A stretch of 64,000 bases of DNA. Source: Gammaproteobacteria bacterium (lineage in GTDB: Bacteria; Pseudomonadota; Gammaproteobacteria; Steroidobacterales; UBA11654). Under the pieces are notes generated by a model. The model worked only from the letters and a program-made list of their open reading frames with translations, was not told where the DNA came from and searched no databases. Positions within the stretch are counted from its first letter, which is position 1, and the number at the start of each line of letters is the position of its first letter. This document shows, piece by piece, positions 27,809 through 37,661 of the stretch. The position numbers were made by a program, and so were the translations under genes. The DNA is taken from assembly GCA_029941465.1 (NCBI GenBank), contig JAPYQN010000004.1, positions 13,111 through 77,110 on the forward strand, read 5' to 3'.

Positions 27809-29476
27809 ATGATGGAATTTAAACTGCTGATTGAAACCATCGGCAACATACTTTGGAATAATTACACCTTATATGCTGTATTACTCACAGGGGTAGTGTT
27901 TACCTTATGGAGTGGGTTTTCACAATATTATGCTTTAACCCATGGGGTTAAAGTCACCAGAGGTGATTTTGATAAACAGGATGACCCGGGTGCAATCACT
28001 CATTTTCAAGCTCTATCGACTGCTTTGTCGGCAACAGTGGGTCTGGGAAATATTGGTGGTGTGGCCCTCGCAATCTCATTGGGTGGACCTGGCGCCGTTT
28101 TTTGGATGTGGGTAGTCGGGTTCTTAGGTATGGCCATAAAGCTGACCGAAGTTTCATTGGCTATGATCCATAGAGACACTTCAGATAGTGACAATCCAAG
28201 CGGGGGTCCTATGTGGGTGGTTGAAAGAAATATGTCGAACAAGGGTCCCGTCCTTAAATACATCGGTAAATTAATTGCTGGTGTTTTTTGTATAGCGTTA
28301 ATAGTTAATACGATTACAGCTGGAAATATGTTTCAAGCTTGGAATGTAGCAGACTTAACACAAACTTATTTTGGTGTTCCTACTATGGTTACCGGGCTTA
28401 TCTTAGCTATTATAGTTGGTGCGGTTATCATCGGTGGAATTAAGCGAATTGGGGCTGTGGCATCAAAACTAGTTCCTTTTATGCTGATTCTGTATGTCCT
28501 TGCTTGCATATTTGTTCTTTTGATTAACATTGAGAGCATACCTAAAATGCTAGCCTTAATAGTAACCTCAGCTTTTTCACCCCTAGAATCAAGCAATGCT
28601 TTTCTAGGTGGCACAGCTGGGTATGCTTTTATGTATGGCATGCAAAGAGCTTTGTTTTCAAATGAAGCCGGCCAAGGTTCGTCTGCTATTGCCCATTCTG
28701 CTGCAAAAACTGATGAGCCAATTAGAGAGGGGGTTGTGGCAGGTCTGGAGCCTTTTATTGATACTATTGTTGTCTGTACAATGAGCGCCTTGGTAATTTT
28801 AGTTACAGGAATATGGAATAGGCCTGGCGAACTTATCGCCGAAGAAGTTAATTTTTCTCAAGCCCCAGAGTCATCCTCATGGGTATTATCCACCACTTCT
28901 AAAAATGTGGATGATTTACAACAAGGGCAAAGAGTTTACATGATTTATGAAGGAACATTAAACCTGGAAACAGGAAATAACCTAAATAAAATCTATGGAA
29001 CAACTCTTACAACTAACCAAAATTCAGTCATCGAGTGGGAAACTATTAATGTCACACAAACCCCTGTGATAAATAATAGGTTCATCTATTTAGACTATGT
29101 TGGGGCAACCCTTACAGCAGCTGCTTTTGATAAGGCCCTTCCCGGATTAGGTAAGTGGCTTGTAACACTAGCTTCCTGGCTATTTGCAATTTCAACAATG
29201 ATATCGTGGAGTTATTACGGTGAAAAAGGAGTGGTGTTTCTTGTTGGAGAAAAATGGGTTATTTTATATAAGGTTGGGTTTTGTGCTCTTGCTGTATTAG
29301 CAACAACAGGTTTTATTGAGACTGATGCTGAGCTAAATATGTTTGCAAATTTAGGTACCGGTCTTTGTATTATTGCTAACCTCCCTATAATCTGGTTATT
29401 CGGATATCAAGCGATGAAAGAATACAAAATCTATATAACAAAACTTAAAAGAGGGGAATTTAATACTAATAATTAA
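27809..29476 (+). CDS. Alanine/glycine:cation symporter (AGCS) family transporter with an extra extracytoplasmic insertion
   Basis: ALSTALSATVGLGNIGGVA and QRALFSNEAGQGS family motifs. 555 aa, versus roughly 450-480 aa for typical members. Confidence 0.8.
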   Translation: MMEFKLLIETIGNILWNNYTLYAVLLTGVVFTLWSGFSQYYALTHGVKVTRGDFDKQDDPGAITHFQALSTALSATVGLGNIGGVALAISLGGPGAVFWMWVVGFLGMAIKLTEVSLAMIHRDTSDSDNPSGGPMWVVERNMSNKGPVLKYIGKLIAGVFCIALIVNTITAGNMFQAWNVADLTQTYFGVPTMVTGLILAIIVGAVIIGGIKRIGAVASKLVPFMLILYVLACIFVLLINIESIPKMLALIVTSAFSPLESSNAFLGGTAGYAFMYGMQRALFSNEAGQGSSAIAHSAAKTDEPIREGVVAGLEPFIDTIVVCTMSALVILVTGIWNRPGELIAEEVNFSQAPESSSWVLSTTSKNVDDLQQGQRVYMIYEGTLNLETGNNLNKIYGTTLTTNQNSVIEWETINVTQTPVINNRFIYLDYVGATLTAAAFDKALPGLGKWLVTLASWLFAISTMISWSYYGEKGVVFLVGEKWVILYKVGFCALAVLATTGFIETDAELNMFANLGTGLCIIANLPIIWLFGYQAMKEYKIYITKLKRGEFNTNN

Positions 29477-29489
29477 ATTATTATAAATT

Positions 29490-30314
29490 ATGAAAACAGA
29501 AATAAAAATTAAGCCTTTTTGGTATTCGGATATTTGGTTATGGCCAAAACTCATTACCATTATTACAACATTGGATAAAGAAGGTGTTGTTAATGCGGGC
29601 CCTTATTCACACATCATGCAATATGATGTTATGACAAAAAATCCAAGAATGATTGTAGGCTTTAGACAAGAGTCTCATACTTTTGTGAATATTTGTGACA
29701 CTGGTGAATTTGTAGTTAATTGCCCTAGCGCCTCACATTTAGACGACATGATGGAAACCGCTAAATTTTACCCTGAAGGTGTTAATGAGTTAGAGTTTAC
29801 GAACTTTACATCAATCCCCTCAAAAAAAGTGAAGCCTCCAAGCCTCAAAGAGTGCCCTCAGATAGCAGAATGCACTGTTGATGAAATAATTAAACTGGAA
29901 AAAAGCACAGGCATTGTTATCGGGACAATAGAGGCTATCGTTGTTGATGAAAAGTTAGTAGAAATGGGCAGAGAAGAAAGAATCCGTACTATGGATCTAC
30001 CAATAGGCATGGGGGATGAAGCAAGGCAAATCTATTACCACACAACTATAGGGGACCTTACTCAACATAATCTTGGACAGCCTAAGAATGCCATGCAAGG
30101 TGCGGATGCAGTAACATCTATGGATTGGGACAAAAAAGCAATGACAATGTTAATGAATGTTCCACCCCCCTTAAGAAAAATGGTGATTGAAAACACTGAA
30201 GAATTTACACAAGAAAATAATGCAACTGTTGTTACCGCTGAACTATTTACTGAATTAGCTAAATCGGTAGGAATGGACCCTGAAGTAATGGAGAGATTTA
30301 GAAGTGGGGGTTAA
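29490..30314 (+). CDS. Flavin-reductase-like (FMN-binding split barrel) domain fused to a PCP_red-like C-terminal domain
   Basis: The N-terminal 190 aa fit a Flavin_Reduct-type pattern (ITIITTLDKEGVVNAGPYS...GEFVVNCP). The C-terminal MDWDKKAMTMLMNVPPPLRKMVIENTEEFTQENNATVVTAELF resembles the protochlorophyllide-reductase 57-kDa C-terminal module. Confidence 0.55.
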   Translation: MKTEIKIKPFWYSDIWLWPKLITIITTLDKEGVVNAGPYSHIMQYDVMTKNPRMIVGFRQESHTFVNICDTGEFVVNCPSASHLDDMMETAKFYPEGVNELEFTNFTSIPSKKVKPPSLKECPQIAECTVDEIIKLEKSTGIVIGTIEAIVVDEKLVEMGREERIRTMDLPIGMGDEARQIYYHTTIGDLTQHNLGQPKNAMQGADAVTSMDWDKKAMTMLMNVPPPLRKMVIENTEEFTQENNATVVTAELFTELAKSVGMDPEVMERFRSGG

Positions 30315-30355
30315 AATTTTTGAGGTATTGATCATTTGTAAATCAAGCGAGGCTT

Positions 30356-31819
30356 ATGAAACTTGAAATAAAAAATCAGAGCTTATTCATAGAAAAAGCA
30401 TACATCAACGGTCAATGGGTTGACGCTGATGATAGCTCAACTTTGGATGTCCTCAACCCAGTAAACCAAGAAATTATAGGCCGCGTGCCAAATTGTGGTG
30501 CAACAGAAACCAATGTTGCGATAAATGCTGCTGCAGAAGCACAAAAAAAATGGCAAAAATCTCATGCAAAAGAGAAAGCTTCTATTCTGAGAGATTTTTA
30601 TAATCTGATTTGCTCCAATCAGGACGATTTAGCAAGAATTCTTACCTATGAACAAGGCAAACCTCTAGCAGAAGCTATAGGAGAAATTGCATACTCAGCA
30701 TCATTTATTGAATGGTTTTCAGAGGAAACAAAACGCATCTATGGAGATGTAATACCTGGACACATGCATGATAGGAGAACTATAGTTATCAAGCAACCTG
30801 TTGGAGTTGTGGCTGCAATCACACCTTGGAATTTTCCCTCAGCAATGCTGGCAAGAAAAGTTGGTCCTGCGCTTGCAGCAGGCTGCTCGCTTGTCTGTAA
30901 ACCAGCAAAACAGACTCCTTTTTCAGCGTTGGCCTTTGCTTATTTGGCAGAGGAAGCAGGCTTGCCCAAAGGTTTGTTAAATGTATTAACCGGCAATGCC
31001 CAGACCATTGGTAAAGCATTAACTGACAGTACCCTAGTCCGTAAATTAACGTTTACTGGGTCAACTGAGATAGGAAAAATGCTTCTAAAAGAGTGTGCAA
31101 AAACAGTGAAAAGAGTGTCTATGGAGCTGGGAGGGCACGCCCCATTTATCGTTTTTGAAGATGCAGATATAGAGGCTGCTATTGCGGGAGCAATTGCGGC
31201 AAAATATAGAAATACAGGCCAGACCTGTGTTTGTGCTAATCGAATATATGTTCACCAAGATATTTATGAACAGTTTTCTGAAGGGTTTGTTAAAGAAGCT
31301 AGGAAACTTCAAACAAGCCAAGGTTTTGACCCTTTAGCAGATCAAGGTCCTCTTATTGATGAAGCTGCCTTAGCCAAAGTTGAAGAACATGTTGCAGATG
31401 CAAAAAATCATGGGGGTCAGGTTGTTCTGGGCGGTCAGCCTCATGAGCTTGGAGGGTTGTTTTATGAGCCCACTGTTATCAAGAATGCTAATGATGAAAT
31501 GCTCGTGTCATATGAGGAAACATTTGGACCGGTAGCACCTTTATTTTCGTTTTCAACAGAAGAGGAAGTGATAGAGAGGGCAAATAACACACCTTTTGGC
31601 CTAGCCTCATATTTCTACACCAGTGATTTAGCAAAAAGTTGGAGGGTTTCTGAACAGCTTGAATATGGAATAGTTGGCTTGAACACCGGAATTATTTCTA
31701 CTGAAATGGCTCCGTTTGGTGGTGTTAAAGAATCAGGCATGGGCAGAGAGGGTTCAAAATATGGGATAGATGATTATTTAGAAATAAAATACATCTCTCT
31801 AGCTGGCATAGAAGAATAA
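30356..31819 (+). CDS. gabD: Succinate-semialdehyde dehydrogenase (aldehyde dehydrogenase family)
   Basis: FTGSTEIGK, ELGGHAP and the QTCVCANRIYV catalytic Cys block. 487 aa. Confidence 0.8.
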   Translation: MKLEIKNQSLFIEKAYINGQWVDADDSSTLDVLNPVNQEIIGRVPNCGATETNVAINAAAEAQKKWQKSHAKEKASILRDFYNLICSNQDDLARILTYEQGKPLAEAIGEIAYSASFIEWFSEETKRIYGDVIPGHMHDRRTIVIKQPVGVVAAITPWNFPSAMLARKVGPALAAGCSLVCKPAKQTPFSALAFAYLAEEAGLPKGLLNVLTGNAQTIGKALTDSTLVRKLTFTGSTEIGKMLLKECAKTVKRVSMELGGHAPFIVFEDADIEAAIAGAIAAKYRNTGQTCVCANRIYVHQDIYEQFSEGFVKEARKLQTSQGFDPLADQGPLIDEAALAKVEEHVADAKNHGGQVVLGGQPHELGGLFYEPTVIKNANDEMLVSYEETFGPVAPLFSFSTEEEVIERANNTPFGLASYFYTSDLAKSWRVSEQLEYGIVGLNTGIISTEMAPFGGVKESGMGREGSKYGIDDYLEIKYISLAGIEE

Positions 31820-31870
31820 TTGTAATTAATATTCCCCCCTGTATTATTCAGCAATACTGAAACCACAGCC

Positions 31871-33223
31871 ATGCAAGACGACACCCCCAAACTCACCAAA
31901 GGCCCCCCTTCAAAAGCCATAATCTCAATGATGGCGCCAATGGTTATTGGTTTATTTGTCATTATTGGAAATGGGCTAGTTGACGCTTATTTTATAGGTC
32001 AACTGGGGTATGCTCAATTAGCTGCTGTGAGTTATGCTTTTCCTGTTTGGTTTGTTTTAGGCGGTATTGTAATGGGGCTAGGGATTGGCACTGCCTCGTT
32101 GGCTTCAAGGGCAATTGGATCAGGAAACAAAGAGGTTGTTAGAGAGATCGCAACCCACGCAATGTTTCTGTCTATCGTGGTAGGAATTATTGTAATAGCT
32201 GTTGGTTTGTCGTCAATTGATATGGTTTTTGGATTATTAGGCGCCAATGAAGAAACGATGCCTTATGTAAGGGAGTATATGGAGATCTACTATTGGGGTG
32301 GACTTTTTATGGCAGTTCCTATGATAGGCAACTCTGTAATGAGAGCATCTGGTGATGCAACAACACCTTCTATTTTAATGGCCTCTTCAGCAATTGTTAA
32401 TGCGGTATTGGATCCGATACTGATATTTGGATGGTTTGGCTTTCCTGCTATGGGTGTCAGAGGTGCGGCATTAGCAAGCGTTCTTGCTAATGTTTTATTT
32501 TTAATAGCAGCATTAAGCATTCTCATTTTTCGAGATAACTTAATACAATTTACTAACCATAGCTTGAAGTCAATTACTGCATCTTGGAAAAAAATCCTTC
32601 ATGTTGGTTTGCCGGCTATAGCCAGCAATCTTATTGCTCCATTATCAACCGCTCTGGTTACAGCGCTTATAAGTAGTTATGGCCAAGCAGCTGTTGCGGC
32701 GTTTGGGCTGGCTGGCCGACTAGAGGCTTTTATTATTGTCATTTTAATGGCTCTTGGGGGGGCGCTGTCTCCTTATGTTGGGCAAAACTTTGGAGCAAAA
32801 AGATTCGACCGCTTGGAAGCAGGCTTTCAATTCTCTATAAGGTTCATATTAGTTTATTCAGTTTTTTGTATTGTATTCTTATATCTCTCGGCTGAATTTT
32901 TCTTAGGTTTTTTTACCTCTGACCCTGAGGTTATTAGAATTGCTAAAATGCAATTGCTTTATTGCCCATGGGGTTATGGCTTTCTTGGTGTAGCCGCTAT
33001 TTGTAATGGCTCATTTAATGCTTTTGGTAAACCCATGCCAGCCATGACAATTTCAATTGCCAGGACATTAGTTGTTTATGTTCCGATGGCTTATTTATTT
33101 GCTTCATTCATTGGTATTAGGGGGATTTTTGTAGCTCAAGTGGTTGCGAATATTCTCGCTGGAATAGCTGGAATAATTTGGTATAAATTACTTTTCAAAC
33201 AACTATCAAACCAAAACACATAG
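31871..33223 (+). CDS. MATE-family efflux transporter
   Basis: 450 aa, 12 TM. Has ...MRASGDATTP... and a typical MATE repeat architecture. Confidence 0.75.
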   Translation: MQDDTPKLTKGPPSKAIISMMAPMVIGLFVIIGNGLVDAYFIGQLGYAQLAAVSYAFPVWFVLGGIVMGLGIGTASLASRAIGSGNKEVVREIATHAMFLSIVVGIIVIAVGLSSIDMVFGLLGANEETMPYVREYMEIYYWGGLFMAVPMIGNSVMRASGDATTPSILMASSAIVNAVLDPILIFGWFGFPAMGVRGAALASVLANVLFLIAALSILIFRDNLIQFTNHSLKSITASWKKILHVGLPAIASNLIAPLSTALVTALISSYGQAAVAAFGLAGRLEAFIIVILMALGGALSPYVGQNFGAKRFDRLEAGFQFSIRFILVYSVFCIVFLYLSAEFFLGFFTSDPEVIRIAKMQLLYCPWGYGFLGVAAICNGSFNAFGKPMPAMTISIARTLVVYVPMAYLFASFIGIRGIFVAQVVANILAGIAGIIWYKLLFKQLSNQNT

Positions 33224-33229
33224 CTTAGA

Positions 33230-35194
33230 TTAATCTGTTCCTTGGAGTTGCTTAATAATACCTTCATCTTCAAGTGTTGAGATATCTTGAGTAATTTCCT
33301 CACCTCTTGCAATTGCTCTGAGTAGACGCCTCATAATTTTTCCTGATCTAGTCTTAGGAAGATTCTCTAAATATCTAATATCATCAGGTTTTGCAATGGG
33401 GCCAACTTGCTCAGCAACCCAATTCCTTAGTTCTTTTGTTGCCTTAGGCTCTTTATCCTCAGTCGGTCGCTCTCCTTTGGTGACAACAAAAGCAAAGATT
33501 CCCTCACCTTTTATATCATGTGGCTTTCCTACCACTGCAGCCTCAACAACATTTGGGTGCGAAACCAATGCAGATTCTACTTCCATCGTTCCTAGACGAT
33601 GGCCTGAAACATTTAAGACATCATCTATTCTCCCCATAATCCAAAAAAACTCATCTTCATCTTGGTTGGCGCTGTCCCCAGCAACATAGAGCCTATTGTT
33701 GAATTTTGCCCAATATGTTTCTATGTATCGATCGTTGTCGCCCCAAATCGTTCTTAACATTGAAGGCCATGGTTTTGTTACGACCAAATAACCACCTTTG
33801 TTAGGTTGGTCAACTGTGTTTCCCCTATCATCAACAATATCCATCATAATTCCTGGTAAGGACTGTGTGCATGACCCGGGTTTAGTTGAAATGACTCCGG
33901 GCAATGGGCTAATCATGGCTGCTCCTGTTTCAGTTTGCCACCAAGTATCTACGATCGGACATTTTTCTTTACCAATTACTGAGTGATACCACATCCATGC
34001 TTCTGGATTAATGGGTTCACCAACAGTCCCCAGTAGTCTAAGTGTGGATAAATCATACTGGTTTGGAATATTGTCGCCAAACTTCATTAACGCTCTAATT
34101 GCAGTTGGTGCCGTGTAAAATAGTGTGACCTTGTGTCGCTCACAGATCTCCCAGAACCGTCCAGGATGAGGGTAGGTTGGAGCCCCTTCATAAATTAAAA
34201 TAGTTGCTCCAGCCGCTAAGGGTCCATACGCAACATAGGAATGGCCTGTAATCCAACCCACATCAGCTGTGCACCAAAAAACATCCGAATCTTTGATGTC
34301 AAAAATCCATTGGAATGTAGTTTTTGCGTGTAACAGGTAACCCCCTGACGAATGCTGTATCCCTTTTGGTTTTCCTGTTGAGCCTGAGGTATAGAGGATA
34401 AATAAAGGGTGTTCTGAATTTAATGCTAGGGCTTTTGACTCTCTGTCTTGGTCTTTAGTGAGATCATGCCACCATATGTCTCTTTGGTTGGACATATTGA
34501 TAGGCTCACCTGTTCTTTGGAACACCACCACATTTTTAACCGGAGTTTCCCAACCCTCCAATGCTTTATCAGTAGAGTCTTTTAATGGAATTATTTTACC
34601 CCCGCGAAAGGCCCCATCTGCGGTAATAACAACCTTAGCTGCGGCATCCTCAATACGATCTTTAAGGGCGTTGGATGAGAAACCACCAAAAACAACTGAG
34701 TGCACTGCACCAATTCGTGCGCATGCCTGCATTGCTATAACTGCCTCAGGCACCATTGGCATATATATAACCACCCTATCCAAGGCCTGAACCCCAAGAT
34801 CTAACAAGCCATTAGAAAGCTTGGAGACTTCATCCAGCAACTCTTGGTATGTAATAGTTTTTGTCTCTCCGTTTTCAGCCTCAAAAATGATCGCTTTTTT
34901 GTTTGGAAATTTTTGTGCATTCAAGTCGAGGCAATTATAGGAAACATTAATTTCTCCATCAGTAAACCATTGATAGTTTGGTGCGTTTGTATCATCTAAG
35001 ACAGTAGAAAAATCTTTAAACCAATAAAGATTTTCTTGTGCTAGTTTCGCCCAATACCCTTGGTAATCTTCTTCCGCATGTTTTTTTAATGCTTCCAGTT
35101 CTGTTGGGGTAATATTTGCTTGCTGGCTAAAAGTTTCTGATGGAGGGAATTGTCGCTTTTCGTTTAAGATAGACTCAATGGTTTTTTCACTCAT
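33230..35194 (-). CDS. acs: Acetyl-CoA synthetase
   Basis: [18 protein letters not shown]-like WWQTETG, and the C-terminal [10 protein letters not shown]. 654 aa. Confidence 0.93.
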   Translation of the reverse strand: MSEKTIESILNEKRQFPPSETFSQQANITPTELEALKKHAEEDYQGYWAKLAQENLYWFKDFSTVLDDTNAPNYQWFTDGEINVSYNCLDLNAQKFPNKKAIIFEAENGETKTITYQELLDEVSKLSNGLLDLGVQALDRVVIYMPMVPEAVIAMQACARIGAVHSVVFGGFSSNALKDRIEDAAAKVVITADGAFRGGKIIPLKDSTDKALEGWETPVKNVVVFQRTGEPINMSNQRDIWWHDLTKDQDRESKALALNSEHPLFILYTSGSTGKPKGIQHSSGGYLLHAKTTFQWIFDIKDSDVFWCTADVGWITGHSYVAYGPLAAGATILIYEGAPTYPHPGRFWEICERHKVTLFYTAPTAIRALMKFGDNIPNQYDLSTLRLLGTVGEPINPEAWMWYHSVIGKEKCPIVDTWWQTETGAAMISPLPGVISTKPGSCTQSLPGIMMDIVDDRGNTVDQPNKGGYLVVTKPWPSMLRTIWGDNDRYIETYWAKFNNRLYVAGDSANQDEDEFFWIMGRIDDVLNVSGHRLGTMEVESALVSHPNVVEAAVVGKPHDIKGEGIFAFVVTKGERPTEDKEPKATKELRNWVAEQVGPIAKPDDIRYLENLPKTRSGKIMRRLLRAIARGEEITQDISTLEDEGIIKQLQGTD

Positions 35195-35220
35195 AATCGT
35201 TAGTAATCTCTTTGGTTAGA

Positions 35221-35832
35221 TTAGGAAATCTTGGTTTTCTTTTCTAAACCAATACGATGGTGAATTGGGCTTGATTTGGATATATAGCCTAATAAAAAGT
35301 CCATTTGATCTGCAAGAATATTTCTTCCTTGAAGGTAGATATATTCTGCATAATTAGGCACAAAAGGTATTGCTAAAAGCTCTATTCTTGCTTGTTCAGG
35401 AGTTCTTCCCCCTTTGTGATGGTTGCACCTTTTACATGCAGAAATGACATTCTTCCAATGATCCCTTCCGCCCTGGCTAATAGGTGTGATGTGGTCGCGT
35501 GTTAGCTCTCTCTTATTGAAGCGGTTACCGCAATACATACACAAATGCCCGTCTCGTTTGAACAATGTTTGGTTATTTAAAGGAGGAGTGTATCGGCTCA
35601 TTTTCGCTTGAAAATGCTTTGTTCTTCCATATGTAGCAATAATAGAATTCACTGTGATTGAGCTTCTCTCTCCTGAGGCTGAGTTAATCCCTCCATATAT
35701 CGTATAAAGATCATTGCCCAACGTGTACACCACTTGATCGACTGCATAGAGCTTCACAGCTTCTTTGTAGCCTACCCACTCTAATGGCAACCCTGTTGTG
35801 TCTATTCTTAATGACTGATTGTAATAACTCAT
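35221..35832 (-). CDS. HNH endonuclease-domain protein
   Basis: CMYCGNRF...DHITPISQGGRDHWKNVISACKRCNHHKG (Cys4 plus H-N-H). 203 aa. The N-terminal 90 aa are uncharacterised. Confidence 0.75.
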   Translation of the reverse strand: MSYYNQSLRIDTTGLPLEWVGYKEAVKLYAVDQVVYTLGNDLYTIYGGINSASGERSSITVNSIIATYGRTKHFQAKMSRYTPPLNNQTLFKRDGHLCMYCGNRFNKRELTRDHITPISQGGRDHWKNVISACKRCNHHKGGRTPEQARIELLAIPFVPNYAEYIYLQGRNILADQMDFLLGYISKSSPIHHRIGLEKKTKIS

Positions 35833-35940
35833 AATCTTTTGTCTCTGTTATCTAGAGACAGTATTAAACAATTTTTACAAAAATTAAATTGATAAAAAAC
35901 TCTTTTTAATAAAAGTTCTTAATATGCAGATGAAGAGGCT

Positions 35941-37359
35941 CTAGCTCTTAAACTCAGAAACTAATGCTGTAATAGAGTCCTTAGCATCCCCAAAAAGCAT
36001 TCGGGTATTGGTTTTAAAAAATAAAGGGTTTTGAATACCTGCAAAACCTGAAGCCATTGATCTTTTAAGAACAAAGGTTGTGATGGCTTTATCTACATCA
36101 ATTATTGGCATTCCATATATTGGGCTCTCATTATCTTCTCGTGCAGCTGGGTTAACCACATCGTTTGCGCCAATAACAATACATACATCTACAGATTCAA
36201 TAATTGGGTTAATATCGCCAGGTTCGATCAACTGGTCATAGGGAACGTTCGCTTCTGCTAGCAACACATTCATATGTCCTGGCATTCTTCCAGCTACTGG
36301 GTGAATAACATATTGCACAGTTGTTCCATTCCCTTCTAATAATTCACCTAATTCTCTAACTGCGTGTTGTGCTTGTGCAACAGCCATACCATATCCTGGA
36401 ACTATAGCCACCGATGAGGCGGCTTCCAATATTAAATAGGCGTCTCCCGTCACAATAGGTCTTACCTCTCCTTGTTCACCCTTGCTTGTTCCTGAGGCGA
36501 CGATGGCTCCAAATCCACTGAACAATACATTTGCTAAGGATCTGTTCATAGCTTTACACATTATATTTGTCAGAATTAGTCCGCTTGCTCCAACTAGGGC
36601 GCCAGCCACAATTAGGACATTATTTTGAATAACAAAACCTGCTGCACAGGCTGCTAGTCCTGAATAACTGTTCAATAATGCAATAACAACTGGCATGTCA
36701 CCGCCACCGATTGGAATAACTAAAAGGATACCTAACAAAAAAGATAAACAGATAATTGCAGTTAAAACTTGCCAATTTAATGTAAAAACAAGCCCTTGAT
36801 TAACAATCATCTCAAACCCAAAGAACAGCAACAAAAGAACTAGCAGTCCATTGATCCATTGTTGCCCTTTGTACAAAATTGGGTTTCCATTCATCCTGCC
36901 AGAAAGCTTGCCATAAGCAATAATGCTACCTGTAAACGTTAAGCCGCCAATAACCACTGTAAGAAATATTGGTATTAGAATACCCAAACTATCAGTGCTT
37001 GATAAAATATGTTCTGACGACCCAACAAGTAAACTAGCAATCCCACCAAAGCCATTAAAGATTGCAACCATTTCTGGCATTGATGTCATCTCAATCTTGA
37101 GGGCTGCAATTGCACCGATGAATGCTCCTAAGAACATGGCAAGAAAAATCCATTGGAAGTTAGTAACGCTTTGATCTAACAAAGTCACCACCACTGCAAC
37201 CAACATGCCCAGGGCTGAAATCAGGTTACCTTTGGCAGCTGTTTCAGGTGAGCCCAACATTTTCAATCCAATAATAAAGAGCGCTGAAGAAAATATATAA
37301 ATTAAATTAACCACTGCTTCATTTGCGGTTGGGGAAAAAATTGTGTTAAGAAATTCCAT
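35941..37359 (-). CDS. pntB: NAD(P) transhydrogenase subunit beta
   Basis: 472 aa. N-terminal TM bundle plus the C-terminal dIII domain (PGYGMAVAQAQH, HPVAGRMPGHMNVLLAEA). Confidence 0.92.
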   Translation of the reverse strand: MEFLNTIFSPTANEAVVNLIYIFSSALFIIGLKMLGSPETAAKGNLISALGMLVAVVVTLLDQSVTNFQWIFLAMFLGAFIGAIAALKIEMTSMPEMVAIFNGFGGIASLLVGSSEHILSSTDSLGILIPIFLTVVIGGLTFTGSIIAYGKLSGRMNGNPILYKGQQWINGLLVLLLLFFGFEMIVNQGLVFTLNWQVLTAIICLSFLLGILLVIPIGGGDMPVVIALLNSYSGLAACAAGFVIQNNVLIVAGALVGASGLILTNIMCKAMNRSLANVLFSGFGAIVASGTSKGEQGEVRPIVTGDAYLILEAASSVAIVPGYGMAVAQAQHAVRELGELLEGNGTTVQYVIHPVAGRMPGHMNVLLAEANVPYDQLIEPGDINPIIESVDVCIVIGANDVVNPAAREDNESPIYGMPIIDVDKAITTFVLKRSMASGFAGIQNPLFFKTNTRMLFGDAKDSITALVSEFKS

Positions 37360-37647
37360 CTACTTCTTCTTGAACATACTCAGCATTCTATTTGTAACTA
37401 AATAACCACCAACAACATTAACTGTCGCAAAGAAGACGGCCAACATCCCTAAGATAAAGGTGATTTCAACATTAACTGACTCTGTTCTTGAGGTCAGGAT
37501 TGCTCCAACAATAGTAATGCCTGAGATTGCATTAGCACCAGACATTAATGGCGTGTGTAAAGTTGAAGGTACTTTTGAAATCAATTCAAAACCTAAAAAA
37601 ATAGATAAGACCAATACAAACAATAATAAAATAAATGTTGGCTCCAT
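37360..37647 (-). CDS. pntAB: NAD(P) transhydrogenase alpha subunit part 2 (membrane part)
   Basis: 95 aa, 3 TM (HTPLMSGANAISGI). True start ATG 37647. The ORF-track start at 37710 is an extension. Confidence 0.85.
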   Translation of the reverse strand: MEPTFILLLFVLVLSIFLGFELISKVPSTLHTPLMSGANAISGITIVGAILTSRTESVNVEITFILGMLAVFFATVNVVGGYLVTNRMLSMFKKK

Positions 37648-37661
37648 TTGGTTTCTCTCCT

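Noticed and set aside
35840-35860. The hairpin tgtctct-N7-agagaca as a rho-independent terminator for pntB.
   Set aside because: No U-tract follows the stem on the minus strand, and it abuts the HNH start codon. It is kept only as a note inside the HNH finding.
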